Notes: generated by a model from the letters alone, not told the origin. Numbered from the whole stretch's first letter, positions 12,501 to 24,591 are shown. The stretch: 63,773 nucleotides of DNA, filler included, from Octopus bimaculoides (GCF_001194135.2; 5 parts of 5 records of this genome joined end to end with filler, not necessarily neighbours in it); one strand, 5' to 3'. A program made the numbers and translations.

Positions 12501-14744
12501 GACAGAAACTCTCATACATACGCTTGGTGCATAAAAGAACACTCATAGATCGTAGTAGAGTATATGATAGGTTCTCTCAAGGCTAATAATGTAGTACTCC
12601 GTGTTCTAACAAGACATCCACTTTAAGCTGGAAATAAAGANNNNNNNNNNNNNNNNNNNNNNNNNNNNNNNNNNNNNNNNNNNNNNNNNNNNNNNNNNNN
12701 NNNNNNNNNNNNNNNNNNNNNNNNNNNNNNNNNNNNNNNNNNNNNNNNNNNNNNNNNNNNNNTGAAGATTAGTAGCTAGCCATTACATATGTGCAATCAT
12801 GAATACTCTTTTGGAAATGAAACCGGTGTGAAATTATGTAATTTGAAATATTTATCTATATATTTTGGTAATTGTGTATTTTGGATTGTTTAATAATGTA
12901 TTTTGAAACGATTTGAATATAAAGATATAATTTTGGGGACAGAATCTTGAAATGATTTGATTGCACATATTTGTTTTGATTATGATATTTTGGAACGTGA
13001 AATAAATATCTCTGATAGCGATAATCTGTTTTTCAATACATATTCTTGTATTTTGAAATCATTTGACTGCCGTAGTATACTCTGGAATTAATTAACTGGA
13101 ATTTAAAATGAACAGCGCATTTTCACGTTTTCATTATTATATTTCGATATCTCCCGACTTGTGCGGAATATTTTTAACACACACACACACACGCACACTC
13201 ACTCTTTTTCACTCTATCTTCCTCCCTATTTTCCTCCTTCCCTTTCTCCTCACTCTCTCACTCTCCCTCTAAAAAGACATATGCATACATATACGTATAC
13301 ATATATACGTGTGTGTGTGTACATATATATACACACACACATGTAAATGTAGAGAGGACAAGAAGACAGATTAATGAATGTAGCATATACAAGTGTGTAT
13401 AATATATATGCACATGTATATGTGTGTGTAATTGAGTGTGTGCCTTTGTGTGTGTGTGTAAGTGCGTGTGTGTGTGTGTGTGTGTTTACTATCATTTAAC
13501 AGCTAAGAATTGTAATATAAACTATGGTAAGCGTTGTGCCATTGTAAACACTAATTTGCTATCATCATAAAAGAATACGTCCAATAATGAGTTACAAACT
13601 GAGTTTTCATTCTCTTCAAACTCAAATTAAGCATAAATATTTATTTGCTTTTAAATTGAACATTTAAGCCCGTCCCTTGGGAGTAGAATATTTTATAACG
13701 TTTGTATTAAAAATCTGAGGTGATAATTTATTATATATTTATATTCTTGCTGATAATTCTTGCCGAAAACATGTGAAGATATGCCTTGATGTAATACATA
13801 TTAATGGTAGCAGCCTGCTCTGTAAACGACAAATGGATAATAATATATTTGTGCAACAGGACATGGTTTTCATGACTGAAAAATCCATTGAATTCGAGAT
13901 AAATATGTACAGTTCTGGTTAAATGCTTAGTTACAAAGATGAACTTTAATATATTTCTAAACAAATTTTCATAAAAATTATAACTAGTTATATCTTCTGC
14001 ATTTCTAGCAAGTAATAAAGTCAAATAAATTTATATTAAGCATCATGAAACAATTTGTCTTTTATTTAATATTTCGGGTAGGATATTGTAAGTTTTTTGT
14101 TTTGTTTTGTTGAAATGTCGAGAGTGGATTGTGGGTTTTGAGCAAAGACCGTGTTCAAAATGAACAGTGAAATTAATATTTTTATTGAAATAGATTAAAA
14201 TTAGGATATTCAAAATTTTAATGTCATGCAAACATATGTGTAGACCCACTTATAAGTATGTACTTTTATGTACATGAATGCGTAAGTTTGTAAGTATGTA
14301 TTTATACATGTATGTATAAAATATATATATATATGTAAGAATATATATATATATATATAAATACATACGCACACATACATTATTTATCTCTCTATCTCTT
14401 TATCTACGTATTTCTCTCCCTCTCTCTCTATCTCTCTATATCTAGCTTTTTAGCTATCTATGCGTGTATTTATANNNNNNNNNNNNNNNNNNNNNNNNNN
14501 NNNNNNNNNNNNNNNNNNNNNNNNNNNNNNNNNNNNNNNNNNNNNNNNNNNNNNNNNNNNNNNNNNNNNNNNNNNNNNNNNNNNNNNNNNNNNNNNNNNN
14601 NNNNNNNNNNNNNNNNNNNNNNNNNNNNNNNNNNNNNNNNNNNNNNNNNNNNNNNNNNNNNNNNNNNNNNNNNNNNNNNNNNNNNNNNNNNNNNNNNNNN
14701 NNNNNNNNNNNNNNNNNNNNNNNNNNNNNNNNNNNNNNNNNNNA

Positions 14745-15465
14745 TATATCCTTGCATCTGCAGGCATCCCCTCAATTAAAGCTATGATTTTGAGGAACCA
14801 ATTGAGATGGTGTGGCCATATTGTTCGACTGGCAGATGAACGCATGCCGAAACAGCTGTTTTATGGTGAGCCTGCAGAGGGGAAACGCAATCGGCATAAA
14901 CCTAAAAAGAGGTTTAAGGATGGCATAAGGACTACTATGCAGTCACTTGGAATGGTTCCAGAAGATATAGAAGCCCTCGCTTCAGATCGAGTTGGATGGC
15001 GAACAAAACTGTGGAATGGAATGAAAGCGTTTGAAGAGGCCAGGATAACGCAAGCAAGACTCAAAAGATATTTAAGGAAGAATGTAAAGATCGAGAAGGT
15101 GAATGACAAGGACCATTTTGTGTGCACAGTCTGTGACAGAGTATGCTGTCTTTGACTCGCCTCAAAATTTCATCTGCGAACCCATGGAAAGCAAACTTCA
15201 ACCAACTATTCTGATGATATGTCTGTGCACACGTTTGAATATAGTGTATGCTAGAAGGCTTGCAAATCCAATGGGAGTCTTAAAAGACATGTTAAGATCC
15301 ACAATGAGCAGAACTTACCTGCAGGTATTGGTAGTTCAAATCTGAGTTGCAATCTGTGTGGGTGTTTTTTCAGAACATTGTCTGGTTTAAAAAGCCACAT
15401 CAGACGCCATGAAAAGGCTAAGGTGTAGGTACAGGAGGTGGTCAAACTCTGTGTAAGGCGCAGAC
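14745..15465 (+). mobile_element. RTE-clade LINE 3' portion (RT thumb/C-terminus plus three C2H2 zinc fingers), inactivated
   Basis: QLRWCGHIVRLADERMPKQLFYGE...GKRNRHKPKKRFKD...EALASDRVGWR is typical of the RTE C-terminus. Same frame continues with two in-frame stops to TAG at 15426-15428. Confidence 0.9.
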
Positions 15466-15561
15466 AACCACCACACACACATATATATGTGTGTGTGTGT
15501 GTATATATACATATATANNNNNNNNNNNNNNNNNNNNNNNNNNNNNNNNNNNNNNNNNNNN

Positions 15562-15573
15562 TTAATTAATTAA
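15562..15573. other. Assembly spacer TTAATTAATTAA embedded in Ns (also 20799-20810, 50413-50424, 59799-59810)
   Basis: Identical 12-mer, with stops in all six frames, centred in four roughly 100-nt N blocks; marks unsized gaps. Confidence 0.9.
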
Positions 15574-15859
15574 NNNNNNNNNNNNNNNNNNNNNNNNNNN
15601 NNNNNNNNNNNNNNNNNAAGTGGATTATACATCTTTAGATTGTATACCTGACTTTCTACTATAAAATTAAAGAAATTGACGGAACGCTGAACTCCAGACT
15701 AAACAACTCAAACAACATTTATTTACTTGATAAAACATACATATCTTTAGTTATACATCTTTAGAGGTGAGAATAACGAGCTGTCGAGTATAAGACCGAA
15801 AGATGTAGGGACAGCTTTAAACACACGTCCATGCTCAATCGCTGGCCAGCGAGAAAGAG

Positions 15860-15945
15860 AATGAATTGAGCGGGAAACGCTTGCTTGTTTAATTCTACGC
15901 ATGCGTAAGACTACGTATGCGCAGGCGTTACTACAACTCCATTCA
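15860..15945. promoter_or_regulatory. Candidate housekeeping-type promoter
   Basis: CpG-enriched unique island with E2F-like GCGGGAAA (15870), perfect palindrome TACGCATGCGTA (15896-15907, NRF1-like), TGCGCAGGCG and ZNF143/SBS-like ACTACAACTCC (15930-15940). Target gene unclear. Confidence 0.5.
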
Positions 15946-16084
15946 TCTGTTTTGGCTTGGTTTCTCCTAATGCCAACCACTTTATAAGGTTTACTGAATG
16001 TTTTTTACGTATCACCAGCGTGGGTGCCTTTTACGTGTCACCAGCTCTGGCAACAACTACCATTCACTTAACTTCTCAAGCACA

Positions 16085-16710
16085 GCAAATCACCAGAAAT
16101 CTTGGTCATTGCCTCTGCGAAACTCAACAACTGAGGGAATTACAATCCCAGAGCCTAAGTGTGCATTACCAGGATGGCGACAAAGTGCAGACGATTGGCT
16201 GGATGGATCATGAGAACATTCAGAACCAGAGATAAGGAAACCATGATGGTCCTCTGGAGGACATTCGTCCGCAGCCACCTGGATTACTGCTCACAGCTAT
16301 GGTCACCCAGCAGTGTAAAATTAACAGCGGACTTTGAAGCAATCCAATGAAGCTTCACAAAGAAGATCGTCTCTTTGCAACAGCTCAGCTACTGCGAGAG
16401 GCTGAAACAGCTAAGACTCTACTCCCTGGAGCGAAGGCGGGAGAGGTATGCAGTAATATATTTCTGGAAGATCCTGGAAGATCCTGGAAGGAATTGTGAC
16501 AAATTTTGGCATTGAAAGTTTCACCAACGCTAGAACGAGTTGACACTACACAATGCCAAAGATCCCAGCAATGCCATCGCGCTTCAGGACCAGTTACTGC
16601 AACAGCCTGGATTTCAGGGGCCCACAGCCTTTTAATCATCTCCCAAAGAGCCTGAGGAACCTGCACAAAGTGGATGTAGGCGTTTTCAAATCAAGGCCAT
16701 GTGTAAACAT
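16085..16710 (+). mobile_element. CR1-clade LINE 3' fragment
   Basis: GWIMRTFRTRDKETMMVLWRTFVRSHLDYCSQLWSP...EAIQ*SFTKKI...SYCERLKQLRLYSLERRRERYAVIY; stops and frameshifts present. Confidence 0.85.
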
Positions 16711-16949
16711 CGGAATGGGTGAAAATACACCTACATGATCTAAAGTTTGACCCCGTGCCTTGTTTGCTGTGAATGCACGAGTGGAATCTTTAGGAATCTG
16801 CCCATCTACGATGGGAATAAAGGGAGAGTATCGCAAATCTAAACCCTCTAAATTCACGTACTATATGAGGGTGGGAATCCAGAGTTAAACCTCGTCGCCG
16901 GAATTTTAATAAAAAATTTTAAATCAAAGGTGATTTATTAATACAAAAC

Positions 16950-17335
16950 TCAATATCCACTAAATAATCATATTTTTTCCTGATTACCTACTTCGTAATC
17001 TCAAAAAACATCGTGACCATTGGTGCAGCTGTTTGGCCGTGAAGAGGGAAAGACAGGCGGACATAACGCCCATTATAGTAAGAAGTTGACTTTCTTCCTT
17101 TTGCTTCTTTTATTAGTTATCTCCCCCTTAATTTTTATTTACTTTTTTTACGCCTGTAAACTAAACAATTACACTGAATATCCACTAAATAATCATACTT
17201 TTTCACATTTTTTTCGCTAAAAACTTTCCTAATTACCTCCTTTGTAATCCCGAAAAACATCGTGACCATTGGTCCAGCCGTTTCACCGTTAAGAGGATAC
17301 AAACAGACGGACATAATGGCCATTTTATATACACA
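16950..17335. mobile_element. Two tandem diverged copies of a non-autonomous element end (Helitron/Helentron-like)
   Basis: AATATCCACTAAATAATCAT...CATCGTGACCATTGGT.CAGC.GTTT...ACAG.CGGACATAA repeated at about 16953-17078 and 17179-17332. Superfamily assignment is an inference. Confidence 0.45.
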
Positions 17336-18208
17336 TACACATATATATATACTAGAAAGAATTAAGTCAAGAAAGATAAAATGATATTGAAATAAAAGAA
17401 ACATTTAATAGATCAAAATATATATAAGTTTTTAACAACCTCAACATTCATAGAGTACATTGCCATCTTCTGATATATAGTTTCTGTTGTCATATTAGTA
17501 TATATGTATTTGTGTACATATGTCACTATGCATACAGAGTACAACAAAAAGAGATTGTGAGTTAGAGAGAAAGAGAGGGAAAGAGTGAGAGAGAGAGAGA
17601 GAGAGCGCGAGGGATGTGCACAGAATAGAGATTCGTATTTTTGTTTTAGTGTTTATAACGATAATGTTGAGAAATTTTAGTGTGTGTCTGTCTATATACA
17701 TACACATATACATGCATACAGACAGAGAGAGAGGGGGGGGGGAAAGAAGTTGTGTACCAAGCCGCATGTCATGCTCCAGACGGACAGATTTCACAAAAAT
17801 TATGATTTTGTGCACATTCTGAGAAGGATTAACATATCATTGGGAACCAGTCATATCTTCTTGTATGTGATTAAAATTGTTGTTTTAAAGGCATTAGTGA
17901 CCTATTTGAAATTAACATGCTCAAACAGAGAACTGAAAAACCCTGCTGGACTGCTTCACTGCAGTCAAAAGACTAATCAACTATTGTTAGGGTAGATACG
18001 TTTCCAGATTAGACTCAAGTGCAGCATATCTGAGGTGTTAAACTTAACGGTTGCTTTTAAGTACAGAATAAATTACTGCAATACTATATAGATCTGCTGA
18101 ATGGAGTTTAGAGATTCCCATCCACTATGAGCTTATTTGTACTATATGGCACTACATCAGTCTTTCCCTATATCTTCCTTCCTCCCTTCATGTCTTTCTT
18201 TCTTTATT

Positions 18209-18260
<52 letters not shown>

Positions 18261-18358
18261 TCAGAATTAGTCATACAGGATCCAAACTGTTTGTTCCTAG
18301 AACAAAAGCGTGGGAGAACTTCCATTTTCTTTCATTGAAGAATCACTGATGCTCGACT

Positions 18359-18421
<63 letters not shown>

Positions 18422-18444
18422 TTGTGGTGGTGGTGGTCGTCGTT

Positions 18445-19135
18445 CCGCTGAGGTCGACTTTGTCTTTCATCCTTTCAGAGTCGATAAATTAAGTATCAGT
18501 CAAGTACTGGGGTCGATGTGATCGACTAGTCCCCTCCCCATAAATTTCAGGCCTTGTGTTTATAGAAGAAAGGATTATTATAATTGTTATCATTATTGAG
18601 TGAGATAGTAGTGCATGCCACCAGTGAAACGGGTAAAATATACAAAGCCCAATATACCCATCATGAGTACCCGTCTGATAAAGATACACCAGGCACATGT
18701 ATCACAACCATATGTGCGCGACATGGTGATCTCATATCAAGATTAACAGCGCATGACCTTGCAGGTGGGGCCCAGTTAGAATTTTCTTCAGGTCGAGTAG
18801 CCCATAAGCTCAAAAGGTCCCTGAATAAGGGTTGTTTAAGGATGTTGAACGAAACATTCATGTTTCCAAAGGTGAATTATCCAAATCCCAGAGAATTCCT
18901 CTCAGCACATGGCTATGGTGCTCCCCAACTACTTCTGCTTATGATCAGAGATGCACATATCGTCAGCTACCAAGGGACATGCTCAACTGGTTAAGGTCAA
19001 ACAACTGACAAGCAAATCTGTGTTATTAAGCAGAATATTTGCTGTAGCCCATTTTTTTTACACCAAGACAAAACAATGTACATAACACTTCCAATCAGTT
19101 AAATGAGAAGCCACTGCCTGGTACTGCATCAGGGC

Positions 19136-19137
<2 letters not shown>
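18445..19137 (+). mobile_element. Meta-domain-like SINE 3' half (18445-18578) followed by a longer interspersed repeat (about 18600-19137) ending at (ATT)n
   Basis: GAGGTCGACTTTGTCTTTCATCCTTTC...GTCGATAAATTAAGTA motif; second element recognised only as repeat-like with a simple-repeat tail. Confidence 0.6.
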
Positions 19138-19193
<56 letters not shown>

Positions 19194-19552
19194 GCCGCCA
19201 TACTGTAAAGTCATGGAAATTTGGAGCTCCGTAAGTTTAAAAAGTGTTTGTAAACTTTTCGGCCTTCTAAGGTCCTGTGTGTTTATTTTTATTGTTACCA
19301 TTGCAATTCTGAAATTGTCTGCAGTGTGCAGATAGTATTTTTATGTAGAAACACCCCCTGTTTTGCTGAGGATGCGCATCAATAATTTTTGAATTCTAAC
19401 TACTTACGGCAAAAGCAAATATTTTGCAATTTTCTTTAATTATTTAAAGATAGCTGATAAAGAAGCCATCATAATGTCCGATACAGGAACTCTTCCTCGT
19501 AAAAAATGAGAATAAAGATATCAAATGGCCTAAACTTAATGACGTCACCGAA

Positions 19553-20754
19553 GTGAATGGCAGCGAAGGTGGTGCCTTTAGACTGGTGGCGGTTTATGCC
19601 CCAACAAGGGCTGGAACGCCAGCTTTCTTCAGGCGTCTAGAAACATTCTTGGGAACGTCTCGCACTTTAGTACTAGTGGTGGACTGGAATAGTATTTTGG
19701 ACGCACGGGAGTACTGTGTGGGTTTAGTACACAGTAGAAGTGGGGTGTAAAAGCCTCGGAAACCTACTCAGGACTTCCCAGCTTTCTGACAAGTACCGAC
19801 TGGTTTTCCCTGATGTGCCAATGTGGACATGGAGCAACCATAGCGGGTCGTCCAGATCGTATTTAGATAGAGTATTTGTTAGGTTAGAAGATAGGCCTAG
19901 CATAGGTTGTCCACAATTTAAATTGTTGGCTACACAGATCACAAATTTCTTATATGCTCAGTCGATTTAGATAGGACCCGGTTACTGGAAATTGAATGCG
20001 TCCTTTCATGCTCGCAAAAACTACAGGGAATGGATTAGCGAACTAGTTCAACGGCATTTGACGGGGACTACGTCAACAACAGGTGGTGGATCGCTCTGAA
20101 GAGAACGATTAGAGTAGAATCGATAGCGTTTAGCAAAGAGTTAGCAACAGAAAGAAATAGATTAGAGGGAGAACTAGTTAGCAAACTAAAAGAGGTTAAT
20201 AGTAAAGGCATCGCGACCGACAAATTAGCGGTGATAATGGCGCTTGACCATTTCTTTGAAGCGAAACACGAAGGGTGCATTGTCAGAGCTAAGGTTTGTG
20301 TGTTTAAACATTTAGGACGAAGTAGAGGCGCGACGTGGAAACAAAACCACGATCAAGTTTTTGATGGATCAGGACGGATGCATACTACTCGGTTCTGAGC
20401 AGATGTGTGCGGCTTTCCGGCAGCACTTTGCGCGGCTGTTTGGGGAGGGTGATGGGTCGACGACGGTAGCGGACTTTACTTTGGACCTAGACGGCCTACC
20501 AAGGCTCTCAGTAACGGACGCGAGACTATGCCACCGAAATACAGGAAGCGATAAGCAATTGCACAAGTCGCAACTCACCCGGTTTGAATGGTCTGCCCTA
20601 CGAATTCTATGTTTCCATGCCAGATTAGTTTGGCAGCCTCTTGTCTGATGTCTACAGTAACTGGCAGCAGAACAGGAGAATTTCTAGTGCGATTAGCCGG
20701 GGTGTGGTAACACTGCTGAGAAACGACGCCGACAATGGGGACGTACTAGGGAAT
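19553..20754 (+). mobile_element. L1/Tx1-clade LINE ORF2 fragment (APE endonuclease to start of RT), degenerate
   Basis: GAFRLVAVYAP...LVLVVDWNSILD, WTWSNHSGSSRSYLDRVFV, GYWKLNAS and a degenerate PG.DGLPYEFY-like motif, spread over several frames. Confidence 0.85.
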
Positions 20755-20854
20755 NNNNNNNNNNNNNNNNNNNNNNNNNNNNNNNNNNNNNNNNNNNNTT
20801 AATTAATTAANNNNNNNNNNNNNNNNNNNNNNNNNNNNNNNNNNNNNNNNNNNN

Positions 20855-21055
20855 CAACGAAAGCCAGGTACAGAGGTTTATCCTTAGCTAGGTATTTCTC
20901 CTGCAGCTGTCTCACTAGAAATAAGGCATCAGTTGTGCTTTTACCTGGCACGAACACAAACTGCATCTCATCTAAATTGATTCGCTCCCTAATTAGTTGG
21001 GCTATGACCCTCTCTGTAACTTTCATAACCTGATCTAACAGCTTGATGCCTCTTC
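20855..21055 (-). mobile_element. RTE LINE reverse-transcriptase fragment
   Basis: GIKLLDQVMKVTERVIAQLIRERINLDEMQFVFVPGKSTTDALFLVRQLQEKYLAKDKPLYLAFV. Confidence 0.9.
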
Positions 21056-21058
21056 ATG

Positions 21059-21091
<33 letters not shown>

Positions 21092-21567
21092 ATTCTGAAT
21101 TGTTGCACTTGTTTTAATGGTCGCTCTCACATTTTGGAAACTGTAAAAATTCAAATTTTATGCTCAATTTTTCATCCTGGATGTCAAAAGTAGTTTGTTT
21201 CAGTTGATGCTAATTAGTTCTAGGATGACCCAGATAGAGCAGACCTATAATCAAAGGTGGAGGCAAGGTTGTGCAATGTTCACTTCCCAACTGCCTGTTT
21301 CCAGGTTTTGGTAAAGACACATTGGGCTGACCAAATCTTTGAGTGGATCTGCTAGATGGAAACAGAAAAGCCTGTCCTATGTTTGTCTCCACGGCCATCA
21401 CTTGACAACCAATGCTAGTATGTTTTTATCCCTGTGATCTAGTGGTTCAGCAAAAGAGATCGATAGAATAAATCCTGGGGTTGGTTTGTTTGGCTAAAAA
21501 CCCTTTCAGGTGGTGGTCCAGCATGGCTGCAGTCAAATAATTGAAACCAGTAACAGAATAAAAGAAC

Positions 21568-21892
21568 ACTTCAGCATTTAAACCAGCCATATAGGATCGC
21601 AATATTTGATTCTCGCTTTGTTTTGTTGCTGCTGAAGTTAACTTTGCTTCTTTTGGGATCATTAAAAATTTATCAGGTGTGGTTGGTAGAATTGCTAACA
21701 TTAGTCCAAATATTCAACCTGTTTTATGCTCACACCAGCCAAATATAGCATCTCATACCTCCTACATGGTCATTCTATAAAAAAAAAAAAAAAAAAAAAA
21801 ATTATTGGTGCTACAAGATAATGCAGGATCAAACCAAAACAGTATGAATAAATAAGCATTACATTTGTCAGTGTAATCTGAATGCTAGAGGG
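21568..21892. mobile_element. TTAA-type (piggyBac-like) MITE carrying a 104-nt foreign insertion
   Basis: Ends ...AATGCTAGAGGG|TTAA; aligns by eye with copies at 40744-40956 and 41263-41471 apart from the insert at 21600-21703. Confidence 0.7.
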
Positions 21893-22087
21893 TTAAATGG
21901 CCATTTTATGTCCACTTTCCATGCTGACACGAGTTGGGCAAATTGTAATGGTCTGAATCTATGACAGTAGGATGTGATTTGAGATCTTCGAGTTTGACCA
22001 TACAGTGTTTTGTTAATTTTGGGTTTTATTTTTTTAAGTAAATATTAACTTATCTGCTTAGCAACAAAATTTAATTTCTAATTACAG

Positions 22088-22203
22088 GATTGTAGACATG
22101 CTTACTGAAACGAACAAAGATAGAGTCGAACCTTTTAAAGCAAGTGCAGTAATTCTTGTCAAAGAACTTATTAAGCGGTTTAAAGAGCTACGCTTCTTTG
22201 TAG
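22088..22203 (+). CDS. TPT1: TCTP (translationally controlled tumour protein) internal exon
   Basis: TTACAG|...|GTAAGT, 116 nt, phase 2 to phase 1; IVDMLTETNKDRVEPFKASAVILVKELIKRFKELRFFV matches the TCTP helical hairpin region (ERV..F...A...K.IL..FK..QFF.G). Confidence 0.92.
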
Positions 22204-22277
22204 GTAAGTAATTTTTCTTATTTTTTTAAATGGAAGTTGCTATTTTACTTTTTAGAATCCTTGTATGTTATAGGATA

Positions 22278-22470
22278 TTCTTCGTGCCGGTGACACGTAA
22301 AAGCACCCACTACATTCTCGGAATGGTTGGCGTTAGGAAGGGCATCCAGCTGTAGAAACTCTGGCAAATCAGAATGGAGCCTGGTGTAGCCATCGGGTTT
22401 CACCAGTCCTCAGTCAAATCGTCCAACCCATGCTAGCATGGAAAGCAGACGTTAAACACTGATGATGATA
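22278..22470 (+). mobile_element. RTE 3'-tail-derived repeat ending in (GAT)n
   Basis: GGTTGGCGTTAGGAAGGGCATCCAGCTGTAGAAACTCTG...CCAACCCATGCTAGCATGGAAAG; same tail at about 33140-33340(-), 43230-43446(+) and 60325-60500(-). Confidence 0.85.
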
Positions 22471-23088
22471 TGTCAACTGGCAGCAAATTAGCAAACTTTT
22501 GGAGCTTTGAATTGAATGCCTCACAATATTTGATTCTAGCTTTGTTTTGTTGCTGCTGAAGTTAACTTTGCTTCTTTTGGGATCATTAAAAATTTATCAG
22601 GTATGGTTGGTAGAATTGCTAACATTAAATCTTATATTTATTCTAGCCCTTAGAACATATGTCAGCTACTGTACTACCTCAAAAATACCAAGAATCAGTA
22701 AGCTATGTTCAAAACTGGCAGCAGAAAGTGCAGGATTATCTATCAGTTGCAGAGGCACTGAGATATCTGGTGCTTTTCTTTACTCAAGACCCAGTCCCCA
22801 CAGCAGGATTGGTATCTTAAAACTGCCTTGGTAATGCTTGTCAGTGAGGGGCTCTGTCCCACCCCAACATTTTGTACCCTAACACATTTCCTCTTATCAC
22901 CTAAGAGGAAAATAGGCACATATTACATTCCCACCTCAAACCAGTTCCATTTCCCATTGTCTCTACCAATCACATCTCTCCATTCTCATCAGCTGCCATG
23001 CAACCCCTGCCCCTTTCCCATATTTGTCACTTCATCCAGCCCACTCACCCAACCCAAGTTTCATATCACCAACCCTAATGTCCCTTAA

Positions 23089-24591
23089 CCCTTTCGTTAC
23101 CAAGCCGCCTGAAAAAAAATTTTGGTTCATGTGACCAAGCTGCCAGTAATCACCTATTCATATTTAAATGAGAATATCCGAGCAAATCTCGTTAGTACAT
23201 TCGTGAAAACAGTTCAGCTATAGTTTTGTACGACGATCGACGTGTTTTTTTAATTTTGTGAATTTTGGGAGATTTTTTTCCAAATTTGTTCCTGTTGTGT
23301 TTTCAAAATTTGTAATCCCGACAAAAAAATGGATATGAATTTTGTTCTGTCAAGCAGCGAGTCAGAATTTGAAGGATTTTCCGTTGAAGACCTTGATAAA
23401 TCTAACTCTGTAACCGAAAAAAAAAAGGCACGTGGTATTTGATAATGAATCTGAGGTTTCATTTTCCGAAAATGAAAGCAGTGAATCCGAGAGCTCCGAT
23501 GATAGCGATAAAGAGANNNNNNNNNNNNNNNNNNNNNNNNNNNNNNNNNNNNNNNNNNNNNNNNNNNNNNNNNNNNNNNNNNNNNNNNNNNNNNNNNNNN
23601 NNNNNNNNNNNNNNNNNNNNNNNNNNNNNNNNNNNNNNNNNNNNNNNNNNNNNNNNNNNNNNNNNNNNNNNNNNNNNNNNNNNNNNNNNNNNNNNNNNNN
23701 NNNNNNNNNNNNNNNNNNNNNNNNNNNNNNNNNNNNNNNNNNNNNNNNNNNNNNNNNNNNNNNNNNNNNNNNNNNNNNNNNNNNNNNNNNNNNNNNNNNN
23801 NNNNNNNNNNNNNNNNNNNNNNNNNNNNNNNNNNNNNNNNNNNNNNNNNNNNNNNNNNNNNNNNNNNNNNNNNNNNNNNNNNNNNNNNNNNNNNNNNNNN
23901 NNNNNNNNNNNNNNNNNNNNNNNNNNNNNNNNNNNNNNNNNNNNNNNNNNNNNNNNNNNNNNNNNNNNNNNNNNNNNNNNNNNNNNNNNNNNNNNNNNNN
24001 NNNNNNNNNNNNNNNNNNNNNNNNNNNNNNNNNNNNNNNNNNNNNNNNNNNNNNNNNNNNNNNNNNNNNNNNNNNNNNNNNNNNNNNNNNNNNNNNNNNN
24101 NNNNNNNNNNNNNNNNNNNNNNNNNNNNNNNNNNNNNNNNNNNNNNNNNNNNNNNNNNNNNNNNAAATGGGGGATCAAAGTTTGGAAGATTTGTGAATCA
24201 AATACTGGGTACTGCTCTGGATTTTAATTTTATACTGGCAAAAGAGACGAATGTATCCAGTAATGTGCACAACTCTTCTATAATAATATTTTGTTGTATA
24301 TCCAATTGAATATTAGCTAATAACCCATTTTCTGTAGCGATGTTTGAACAAAAATTTTAATAATTTTATATTTTGTTCAATTTACCTGTAATTAGAGTCA
24401 CTTTGTGACAAAAATTTTGGTATAGAATTGGTTGAGAACCTTTCGTTAAATTATCTTCCAAAAATCACATAAATATGTTGATAAATAAAAAAGTTAGTTG
24501 TTTAATGAAACCAGACTAAATTTATGATTGTTAGAAATTAATTGAAACACATAAGTGGTGTATTTTGGTTAGAAATATGGTAACGAAAGGG
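23089..24591 (+). mobile_element. piggyBac DNA transposon (defective, partly in gap) in a TCTP intron
   Basis: TTAA TSDs at 23085-88 and 24592-95; 13-bp TIR CCCTTTCGTTACC / GGTAACGAAAGGG; acidic N-terminus (SSSESEFEGF...SESESSDDSD) and catalytic-domain motif KWGIKVWKICESNTGYCSGF*FYTGK. Confidence 0.93.

Noticed and set aside
18584-18994. 136-aa plus-strand ORF
   Set aside because: It lies within an interspersed repeat, starts at TTG and has no domain similarity.
20799-20810. Recurrent TTAATTAATTAA motif
   Set aside because: Artificial scaffold spacer within N blocks, not biological.
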